A stretch of DNA of 64,000 nt from Acidimicrobiales bacterium (GTDB lineage Bacteria; Actinomycetota; Acidimicrobiia; Acidimicrobiales; Aldehydirespiratoraceae), in assembly GCA_041394245.1 (NCBI GenBank), contig JAWKIR010000002.1:1412305-1476304 (forward strand). The letters are read 5' to 3'. A program made the position numbers and the translations under genes. Under the pieces are notes generated by a model that worked only from the letters and a program-made list of their open reading frames with translations, had not been told where the DNA came from and did not search any database. Below, in pieces: positions 37,358-43,809 of the stretch (position 1 is the first letter of the stretch; the number at the start of each line of letters is the position of its first letter).

Positions 37358-38140
37358 TCAGCCCCGCCCGAGGCCCGTTGTGCCCGGCCCGATCTGCTCA
37401 CGGAGCGTCTCGAGCGAGCGTCGGATCAGGCGGCTCACGTGCATCTGGCTCACGCCGACCCGTTCGGCGATCTCCGATTGCGTGAGCGATCCTGCGAAGC
37501 GCAGCTCGAGAATCTCGCGTTCACGCGGCGGAAGGGTCTCGAGCAGACCACTGATCGCCATCTTGGTGTCGAACCGATCCACGTCGACATCGGTCGTCGT
37601 GAGAGCGGGTGGTGTCGCGCGGGGCGCCTCGTCGGCCGATGATGCCGCACTGTCGATGCTCGACGCCCGATAGGACCGCTGCACGTCGAGGGCCTCGAGT
37701 ACCGCGTCGGTGTCGAGTCCGGTCTCGGCGGCGATCTGATCCACGGTCGGTGACGCGCCGAGCCTGAGCGCCAGTTCGTCGACGACGGCGCGCACATGGA
37801 GCGATCGCTCCTGCAGCGACCGCGGAACGTGCACGGACCACGTGGCGTCGCGAAAGTAGCGCTTGAGCTCCCCGTCGATGGTCCGACCGGCGAAGGTGGA
37901 GAACTGCACGCCGATCGACGGGTCGAACCGGTCGACTGCCTTGACGAGTGCGAGCATCGCCACCTGACGGAGATCAGCGCTTTCGGCGCCACGGTCTCGG
38001 TAGCGAGCGGCGAAGTACTCGGCCAGCGGCACGAACGACTCGACGATCGCGTTGCGATTCGTCTCGCTCGGATCGGCGGCGAACGCCTCGAAGAGCCGGT
38101 CGCGATCCGAGGCGTTCGCCCCGGGTCGCTCAGACGGCAT
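37358..38140 (-). CDS. RNA polymerase sigma factor, SigB/SigF/SigG subfamily
   Basis: Start MPSERPG (cat at 38138-40). DLRQVAMLALVKAVDRFD, WSVHVPRSLQE, LTQSEIAERVGVSQMHVSRLIRRSL. Closely parallels M. tuberculosis SigF as I remember it. Confidence 0.9.
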   Translation of the reverse strand: MPSERPGANASDRDRLFEAFAADPSETNRNAIVESFVPLAEYFAARYRDRGAESADLRQVAMLALVKAVDRFDPSIGVQFSTFAGRTIDGELKRYFRDATWSVHVPRSLQERSLHVRAVVDELALRLGASPTVDQIAAETGLDTDAVLEALDVQRSYRASSIDSAASSADEAPRATPPALTTTDVDVDRFDTKMAISGLLETLPPREREILELRFAGSLTQSEIAERVGVSQMHVSRLIRRSLETLREQIGPGTTGLGRG

Positions 38141-38522
38141 CGACAGCGGCCTTGGCCTTCGACAGACGAATACGACGCCGTCCGCTCTCGGACTCGTCCA
38201 GCTGGAAGTCATCGACCGTCGCACCGAGGATCGCTTCGACGAGATCGTCGACACCGACCGGCGCGAGCGCCTCACCGGTGCGCACGCCGACGATCTCGAC
38301 CACGCCGTCGGACGCGTCGAGCGTCAACGTGACCTCGCCGCCGACCTCGTCGTCGGCCAGAAGCCAGGTGAGCGCCTCGGTGACGGCGAGACGGAGATCA
38401 TCGAGCTCCTCGACGTCGAACCCGGCCGCTGCGCCGACCGCGGCGGCATTCAACCGACCGACGACGAGATACCCCGGGCGAGCGGGAAACCCGATCCTGA
38501 GTTGATCGATCTCATTGGGCAC
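38130..38522 (-). CDS. anti-sigma factor, UsfX/RsbW-like with a degenerate HATPase fold
   Basis: GTG start behind GGAAGAGGA. Overlaps the sigma gene by 11 nt. DLRLAVTEALTWLL corresponds to the UsfX DLRLAVDEVCTRLI region. No DxGxG or G2 box seen. Confidence 0.65.
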   Translation of the reverse strand: MPNEIDQLRIGFPARPGYLVVGRLNAAAVGAAAGFDVEELDDLRLAVTEALTWLLADDEVGGEVTLTLDASDGVVEIVGVRTGEALAPVGVDDLVEAILGATVDDFQLDESESGRRRIRLSKAKAAVDAV

Positions 38523-38536
38523 AGCGTGTCCTCTTC

Positions 38537-38563
38537 CTGTGACGCGTCTTGCTGTGACGCGTC
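38537..38563. promoter_or_regulatory. two copies of CTGTGACGCGTC, each containing the 8-bp palindrome GACGCGTC
   Basis: 38537-48 and 38552-63, 15-bp period. They sit 15-41 nt upstream of the anti-sigma GTG. Confidence 0.4.
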
Positions 38564-38606
38564 GCCGGCACGAGGCGAAGCCTACGCGCCGGCGCGGTCC
38601 ATGGGC

Positions 38607-38750
38607 TCACGTGAAGACACTCACACCGCCGGGACCCACGAGCAGGCCGACGATGATCAGCACGGCACCGTAGGTGAACTGCTTGCGCACGACGGCGACG
38701 ATTCCGGAAACGACGAGGATGACGGCGAGGAGCCAGAGGAGAAACGACAT
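38607..38750 (-). CDS. small membrane protein (47 aa, GPGG motif)
   Basis: MSFLLWLLAVILVVSGIVAVVRKQFTYGAVLIIVGLLVGPGGVSVFT gives two TM helices. ATG behind AGGAATATCCC. Confidence 0.55.
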   Translation of the reverse strand: MSFLLWLLAVILVVSGIVAVVRKQFTYGAVLIIVGLLVGPGGVSVFT

Positions 38751-38798
38751 GGGATATTCCTGCTTTCTTGTGGTTGGTTCTTTGTGATGCTGGAAGGG

Positions 38799-38824
38799 GT
38801 ACCCGGAGCGCGGAGGTCCGAAAC
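38799..38824 (-). promoter_or_regulatory. SigF/SigB-type promoter candidate (GGGTTT-N16-GGGTAC)
   Basis: Minus strand reads CGGGTTT CGGACCTCCGCGCTCC GGGTAC, 48 nt upstream of the small-membrane-protein ATG. Confidence 0.55.
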
Positions 38825-38829
38825 CCGGT

Positions 38830-39273
38830 TCAATCGGCCCGTGCTTCGGCCATGCCGGCCCGGTAGGCGGTGGCGAGCGCCTGCTTCTCGATGTCGTCGA
38901 GCGCCTTTCCCGCCAGCTGGAACACCTCTTGTTCCTCCTCCCGGAGGTGATGCAGGAGGCGGTGCTCGAGCTCACGGGCGGTCACCAGGAACTGGGGTGC
39001 CGACATGTCGTAGCCGTCGAGCTGCTCGATGAAGTCCTCGAGTTCCTTGTGCTCGGCAACACTGTGACGCGCCATCTCCTGCGTCAGATCGTCACCCATC
39101 AGCGGCACGTAGAACTGACGTTCCTCGTGCACCGCGTGAGCGGACAACTCGTCCTTGAGTTCCTCGAACGAGGCCTCCCGGGCCTCGCTCGCGCCGGTTG
39201 TGTCGAGGAGCTCCCCGATCAGCCGACGCTGCCGTTCGTGGTCCTCGCGAAGCGCTTCGAAGATCGTCATCAT
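38830..39273 (-). CDS. hemerythrin HHE cation-binding domain protein
   Basis: Start MMTIFEAL behind AAGGA. ..REDHERQR.., ..HAVHEERQFY.., ..VAEHKELE.., ..LEHRLLHHLREEE.. His/Glu ligand pattern. Confidence 0.8.
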   Translation of the reverse strand: MMTIFEALREDHERQRRLIGELLDTTGASEAREASFEELKDELSAHAVHEERQFYVPLMGDDLTQEMARHSVAEHKELEDFIEQLDGYDMSAPQFLVTARELEHRLLHHLREEEQEVFQLAGKALDDIEKQALATAYRAGMAEARAD

Positions 39274-39339
39274 CTCGTGTCCTTTCAGGATTCCGACGTC
39301 TCGCCGTGGGCCGACGTCGTGGGCGGTGAGGGAGCGGAC

Positions 39340-39364
39340 GTACCCGACCGCGTCGGGTTCAAAC
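39340..39364 (-). promoter_or_regulatory. SigF/SigB-type promoter candidate (GGGTTT-N15-GGGTAC)
   Basis: Minus strand reads GGGGTTT GAACCCGACGCGGTC GGGTAC, 66 nt upstream of the hemerythrin ATG. Confidence 0.55.
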
Positions 39365-39397
39365 CCCCGTGTGGCCGATTGCGGGAGCATGCGCATC

Positions 39398-39423
39398 GTT
39401 TAGCTGCACGCGACGGCGGGTAT
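39398..39423 (+). promoter_or_regulatory. SigF/SigB-type promoter candidate (GTTT-N16-GGGTAT)
   Basis: ATCGTTT AGCTGCACGCGACGGC GGGTAT, 32 nt upstream of the ATG at 39456 (RBS AGGAGA). Confidence 0.6.
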
Positions 39424-39455
39424 GCCCGACGCGAACCCACACACAGGAGAACCCC

Positions 39456-39863
39456 ATGGGCGCCATCCGCAAGGCCTTGTCGATCACGACCCTCGGAGTC
39501 GTGAACTGGCGAAGCAAATCCGAACTGCTCGAGATCGAGCGTGCTGCGCTGGACGAGACGAGCGAGAAGCTCGCCGAGCAGCAGGCGAAGGCAGAACGCC
39601 TCGGCCGGCGGGCGAGGAAGGCCGAGAAGAGGGCCCGCAAGGCCGAGCTGAACGAGCTGAAGACCGCAAGGTCCGCCCGCCGCCGACGCCGCTTCCTGCG
39701 CCGCAAGCAGAAGGTGGCCCTCGCCGCGAAGGGCGCAACCGCGGATGCGAGCGCCGCCGCTTCCGCTCAGTCCCGACGCGCCCGTCGCAAGCTCCGCCGA
39801 GCGGAGAAGAAGGCTCGGTCGCAGGTCGACGCCGTCACCGACGCAGTCCACGACCTCGCCTGA
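39456..39863 (+). CDS. hypothetical Lys/Arg-rich coiled-coil-like protein (135 aa)
   Basis: ATG behind AGGAGA. ..AERLGRRARKAEKRARKAELNELKTARSARRRRRFLRRKQK... No family recognised. Confidence 0.55.
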   Translation: MGAIRKALSITTLGVVNWRSKSELLEIERAALDETSEKLAEQQAKAERLGRRARKAEKRARKAELNELKTARSARRRRRFLRRKQKVALAAKGATADASAAASAQSRRARRKLRRAEKKARSQVDAVTDAVHDLA

Positions 39864-39904
39864 GGTCTCTCACCAGGTCCTGTCACCGCCTGGCGAGCCG
39901 GCCG

Positions 39905-41335
39905 CTACGGTCCGATCATTCCGCGTTCGTCGGGGGCGAGCAGCCCCGTCGGCACGTCGGGATCCTCGAACGGCAGCGCGGGGCGGGAGTACTCGACCGT
40001 CCCGAGTGCCATGGTGAACAAGTCGACGGCGTCGCGCAGCACCGCTTCGTCGATGCCGTGCCGATCGGCGACGAGGTCGACCAGCTCCTCGCCCGATGCG
40101 CGGGCGTCACGTTGGGCGACGGCAGCGGCGTCGTAGCCGATCAGCGGCGCCAAGGCCGTCACGATCGCCTGTGATCCCTCTGCGAGCGCACGACACCGCT
40201 CGAGGTGGGGCACGACCTTCGCCACCACCTTCTCTGCGAGCATGTCGGCTGCTGCGGTCAGCAGATCCAGCGAGTCGAGCAGGTCGTGCACGATGAGCGG
40301 CAGGTAGGTGTTGAGTTCGAGCGCGCCGCGCGATCCGGCGTGGGTGATCCCAGCGTCGTTGCCGATGACTCGGGCGACGATCTGGTTCACCACCTCGGGA
40401 ATCACCGGGTTGACCTTGCCCGGCATGATCGACGACCCGGGTTGCAACTCCGGCAGCTCGATCTCGCCGAGACCGGCGGTCGGACCGCTCGCCATCAGCC
40501 GGAGATCGTTGGCGATCTTGTCGAGGGAACACGCGACGGTCTTCGCCCGTCCGGAGAGATCGACCAGGTCGTCGTGCGCTCCCTGGAGGGCGAAGTGGTT
40601 CGGACAGGGGGTCAGGTCGAGGCCGGTGGACACGGCGAGTTCGTGGATCGCCCGTTCGGCGTAGCCGGGCGGCGCATTGAGGCCGTTGCCGACCGCGGTC
40701 CCACCGAGCGGGAGCCGCCCCAGGTTCGCCATGAGCGAGTCGATCCGGGAGCGACCGTCGACCACCTGTTGGCGGTAGCCACCGAACTCCTGGCCGAGCG
40801 TGATCGGCACCGCGTCCTGCATGTGGGTGCGACCGACCTTCACGACGTGCCGGCTGTTGACCTCGTGCAACCCGAGCTCCCGCTCGAGCCGGGCGAGCGC
40901 GGACACGAGACGGTTCGCCGCCTCGAGCACTGCTATCCGGCTGCCGCTCGGCATCACGTCGTTGCTCGACTGCCCCAGATTCACATGATCGATCGGGTGA
41001 ACCGGGGTTCCGTCGAGGAGCTGTTCCGCCCGTGCCGCGACCACCTCGTTGACGTTCATGTGGGTCGATGTCGCCGAACCGGTCTGAAACACGTCGACGA
41101 CGAACTGGTCGTCCCATGCGCCGGTGCGGATCTCCTCACAGGCCGTGGCGATCGCCTCGGCGATCGGGCTCGGCAACCGTTCGGGCACCAGGTCGCACAG
41201 CACGCCGGCCGCCGCCGCCTTGATCCTCGCGACGGCGTGGACGACGGGGAGCGGGAACACGACACCGGACGCGTCGAAGTTCTCCACCGCCAGGCGGGTG
41301 TGCTCGCCGTAGAGGGGGACGCTGGGAGTCGTCAT
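39905..41335 (-). CDS. aspA: aspartate ammonia-lyase (class II fumarase/aspartase family)
   Basis: Start MTTPSVPLYGEH (cat at 41333-35). Signature GSSIMPGKVNPVIPEVVNQ is aspartase-type rather than the fumarase PTQCEA type. ATGA overlap with the upstream gene. Confidence 0.75.
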   Translation of the reverse strand: MTTPSVPLYGEHTRLAVENFDASGVVFPLPVVHAVARIKAAAAGVLCDLVPERLPSPIAEAIATACEEIRTGAWDDQFVVDVFQTGSATSTHMNVNEVVAARAEQLLDGTPVHPIDHVNLGQSSNDVMPSGSRIAVLEAANRLVSALARLERELGLHEVNSRHVVKVGRTHMQDAVPITLGQEFGGYRQQVVDGRSRIDSLMANLGRLPLGGTAVGNGLNAPPGYAERAIHELAVSTGLDLTPCPNHFALQGAHDDLVDLSGRAKTVACSLDKIANDLRLMASGPTAGLGEIELPELQPGSSIMPGKVNPVIPEVVNQIVARVIGNDAGITHAGSRGALELNTYLPLIVHDLLDSLDLLTAAADMLAEKVVAKVVPHLERCRALAEGSQAIVTALAPLIGYDAAAVAQRDARASGEELVDLVADRHGIDEAVLRDAVDLFTMALGTVEYSRPALPFEDPDVPTGLLAPDERGMIGP

Positions 41336-42747
41336 CCTCCGTCCTCGCCGAACGTCCGGTCTCTGGATGTTGCGGGGAACCGACCTGACCAGGGCGTCTC
41401 TGTCGTCCAGTCGGGCTGCACATCGGCATGCGCTCCATCGATGATCGCCCGACCGTCGACGAGGTCGACCAGCGGCGCGACCACGGGATCCGGACCCGAC
41501 CGCACACCGGCCGGGTCGGCCAACGCGTCCGGGAAGAAGGCGAGGAGTCCGTCGACGACACCCTGGATCTGGCCGGCGAGCCCGCACCGGGCACCTTCGA
41601 CCACCCTGGCCGACGAGACCTGGAGGGATTCGGCGACCGCGGGCAGGCGTTCGGCGCCGCTCCTGGCCGCGTCCAGGTGACCGGCGATCGCCAGACCCTC
41701 GGTCTTGCAGGGCAGGCACTGTCCGCAGCTCTCGACCGACAGGAACGAGGCGGCTGCCCGCGCGATCGCAACCGGATGGGTCCCCTTCGCGAAGACCCGG
41801 ATCGCCGCCGCGCCGATCGGCAGCGACGTCTCGGCGTCGGGTTGTGGGACCATCGGTCTGTCGAGGTGACCGGCCGGGATCAGCGGATACGACACGCCGT
41901 TGAGCACGGCCGCGGCATCATCGGCGCCGTCGCCGACCACGTCGCGCAACGAGGTGCCGACCGGGAACTCCTCGACTCCGGCGACAGGAACGTCGCCGCT
42001 GACGGTGGCGAGAAAGGTCGCCACCGGCCATTCGGGACGATCCGCACCGTGATACCGGATCACGTGAGCGACACGAGCAAGCGTTTCGACATTGTGGACG
42101 AGCGCGGGCGGCGGCAGGGTCCCCTCGTCGAACGGCGCAGCCATCGCAGTCGACGCGGGCGATCCCGTCCCGTCCATGTCGAGCGCGCCATGTCGCCATG
42201 GTGGTCCGATACGAGGGAAGGGCTGATGGCCGACGACCACCTCGAGCAGCGCAGACTCCTCGCCGAACAGGTACCGGTCGGGCCCGTAGACGAACACCAC
42301 CTCGGCAATGCGCTCGGTCGCCAACGCCTGCACCTCCGCTACCGCCGACTTCAGTCGGGCGACCTCGGTCGCGAAGCTCTCCTTCGTCGCGATGACGATG
42401 GTGTCGGCCCCGACGGCGCGGGCGGCGATGACCGCTCCCTCGACGACCGAATAGGGGTCCCGGCGTATCAGCATTCGATCCTTGAACGAACCGGGCTCGC
42501 CCTCGGCCGCGTTCACGACCAGCGACGGCGCCGCCTCCACGGATCGGAAGCGGTTCGTCGTCCGCCACTTCGTCGCGACCGGGAACCACGCTCCCCCGCG
42601 GCCACGAAGACCGGCCTCGTCGATGACGTCGATCGTCGCTTCGGCGCCGAGGAGGGACGCTGCGAGGATCGCGTCGCCGGCTCGGGCTCGCAGGTGATGC
42701 GAGTACGACGCGACAGGGGCGGGCGGCAGCACGGAGTTCGGGTCCAT
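41332..42747 (-). CDS. NuoF-like (complex I 51-kDa subunit family) FMN/NADH/4Fe-4S protein, stand-alone
   Basis: GLRGRGGAWFPVATKW, NAAEGEPGSFKDR, YLFGEESALLE, ESCGQCLPCK. Start MDPNSV at 42747 (alternative 42777). Confidence 0.7.
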   Translation of the reverse strand: MDPNSVLPPAPVASYSHHLRARAGDAILAASLLGAEATIDVIDEAGLRGRGGAWFPVATKWRTTNRFRSVEAAPSLVVNAAEGEPGSFKDRMLIRRDPYSVVEGAVIAARAVGADTIVIATKESFATEVARLKSAVAEVQALATERIAEVVFVYGPDRYLFGEESALLEVVVGHQPFPRIGPPWRHGALDMDGTGSPASTAMAAPFDEGTLPPPALVHNVETLARVAHVIRYHGADRPEWPVATFLATVSGDVPVAGVEEFPVGTSLRDVVGDGADDAAAVLNGVSYPLIPAGHLDRPMVPQPDAETSLPIGAAAIRVFAKGTHPVAIARAAASFLSVESCGQCLPCKTEGLAIAGHLDAARSGAERLPAVAESLQVSSARVVEGARCGLAGQIQGVVDGLLAFFPDALADPAGVRSGPDPVVAPLVDLVDGRAIIDGAHADVQPDWTTETPWSGRFPATSRDRTFGEDGG

Positions 42748-42756
42748 GGCGCCGCC

Positions 42757-42782
42757 GTACCCCTGCGCCACGCCCATCAAAC
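42757..42782 (-). promoter_or_regulatory. SigF/SigB-type promoter candidate (GTTT-N16-GGGTAC)
   Basis: Minus strand reads CATGTTT GATGGGCGTGGCGCAG GGGTAC GGCGGCGCC ATG. The -10 ends 9 nt before the ATG at 42747. Confidence 0.5.
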
Positions 42783-42790
42783 ATGGCGGT

Positions 42791-42816
42791 GTTTGGCACG
42801 ACCGGTCGGCGGGTAG
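42791..42816 (+). promoter_or_regulatory. SigF/SigB-type promoter candidate (GTTT-N16-GGGTAG)
   Basis: GGTGTTT GGCACGACCGGTCGGC GGGTAG, 34 nt upstream of the ATG at 42851. Its -35 is back to back with the divergent -35. Confidence 0.5.
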
Positions 42817-42850
42817 GGCGACCATCGACCATCGACACTCGGAGCTGAAG

Positions 42851-43303
42851 ATGACACCGCACCCGACCGACTCGAGCCCACTCGACCCCACCTTCGCGAG
42901 AGGATCGGACACTCTCGTCACGGTGCTCGCCAGCGCCGCGGCCGCGGGGTACGCGACCGCCATGACGGTGTCTCCCGGTGCCGTGATGGTTTGCGGCAAC
43001 TGTGCCGAGCACGCTGCTGCGCGTGCCGTTTCCGTCGACCGCTACCGGCGTCTGGAAGGCGCCAGCGACGCAGCTGATCTCATGCTCGTCGCCTTGGTTC
43101 GCTGTCCTCACTGCGAGATCGGCGGCACGCTCACCTTCGGCTACGGGCCGAACTCGGGAGTCGACGACGACGATTTCCTGTCGGAACTGGATCTGGGCGA
43201 CGCAACGCAACGGGCTGACGGGTTTGTCGCCGACCACGAGGCCGCCGACCACGAGAGGGCCGGTCTCCGGGACCCGGACCACGCCCAAGGAGGAACGACG
43301 TGA
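42851..43303 (+). CDS. hypothetical Zn-ribbon protein (CxxC...CxxC)
   Basis: ATG behind GGAG. VCGNCAEH ... RCPHCEIG, 37 residues apart. Acidic C-terminus. GTGA overlap with the following USP gene. Confidence 0.55.
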   Translation: MTPHPTDSSPLDPTFARGSDTLVTVLASAAAAGYATAMTVSPGAVMVCGNCAEHAAARAVSVDRYRRLEGASDAADLMLVALVRCPHCEIGGTLTFGYGPNSGVDDDDFLSELDLGDATQRADGFVADHEAADHERAGLRDPDHAQGGTT

Positions 43304-43809
43304 AGATTCTGCTGGCAGTCGACGACAGTGCGACGAGCTACGAAGCAGCGCTCGTCGTCTCACAATGGTTCGGCGACGACGCGTCGATCGTGGCACTGCA
43401 CGTCGGCACCGTCACGCCGACACTCTCGTCGACGGAGCATCTGGCCGTCGGCGGGTCCGGCTACCCCGTGTTCGCGCTTCCCGCGCTGCGAGAACGCATG
43501 ACGGAGATCACGCGCGCGGCCCGTGAGGTCGCAGCTCGCGCCGCCAACCTCACGGACGGTTCGGTCCGCACGGAGCAGGGGGATCCGGCCGACGTCATCG
43601 TCGCGGTCGCGGCCGAGATAGATGCCGACCTCATCGTGGTCGGCACCGGAGATCGATCGTGGCTCTCCCGCCTGCTCAACCCGTCGGTGAGCTCGACCGT
43701 GGCCGAGAAGGCGCCGTGCTCGGTCCTCGTCGTCCGGTCCGGCGCACTGGGTGAATCGACACTGGGTGAATCGACACTGGGGGAATCGACAGTGGGGGAA
43801 CCGACATGA
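43300..43809 (+). CDS. universal stress protein (UspA family) with a C-terminal LGEST repeat
   Basis: MKILLAVDDS.., ..ADLIVVGT.., ..VAEKAPCSVLVV... Ends in ALGESTLGESTLGESTVGEPT. Confidence 0.8.
   Translation: MKILLAVDDSATSYEAALVVSQWFGDDASIVALHVGTVTPTLSSTEHLAVGGSGYPVFALPALRERMTEITRAAREVAARAANLTDGSVRTEQGDPADVIVAVAAEIDADLIVVGTGDRSWLSRLLNPSVSSTVAEKAPCSVLVVRSGALGESTLGESTLGESTVGEPT
43747..43806 (+). repeat. 15-bp tandem repeat x4 at the 3' end of the USP gene
   Basis: CTGGGTGAATCGACA, CTGGGTGAATCGACA, CTGGGGGAATCGACA, GTGGGGGAACCGACA. The last unit supplies the A of the next gene's ATG. Confidence 0.9.

Noticed and set aside
39340-39370. A tRNA T-arm-like GGTTCAAACCC string in the hemerythrin/K-R-rich intergenic region.
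   Set aside because: The flanking bases cannot form a 5-bp T stem or an acceptor stem (TCGGG versus CCCCG mismatches). The string is the -35 (GGGTTTGAACC on the minus strand) of a promoter candidate.
39274-39455. A DosR-type box (TTSGGGACTWWAGTCCCSAA-like), expected from the dormancy-like gene content.
   Set aside because: I could not find any 20-bp palindrome of that form here or in the other island intergenic regions. The SigF-type motif explains the regions instead.
31815-39863. Possible relatedness of the two Lys/Arg-rich proteins (31815-32201 and 39456-39863).
   Set aside because: The similarity is confined to low-complexity K/R/E/A runs. The remaining sequence does not align by eye, and only the second has the promoter motif.
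42778-42795. The inverted repeat CAAACA-N6-TGTTTG, which I first read as a repressor operator.
   Set aside because: It is better explained as the two back-to-back GTTT -35 elements of the divergent SigF-type promoter candidates, each followed by GGGTA at N16. An operator role is not excluded, but it is not needed.
35161-43806. CRISPR-like interpretation of the short tandem repeats (16 bp x3 at 35161, 15 bp x2 at 38537, 15 bp x4 at 43747, and the Asp-Ser-Gly repeats at 15790).
   Set aside because: The units are contiguous or nearly so, without unique spacers of 25-40 bp. The copies are few, two of the arrays are in-frame coding repeats, and no cas genes are present.
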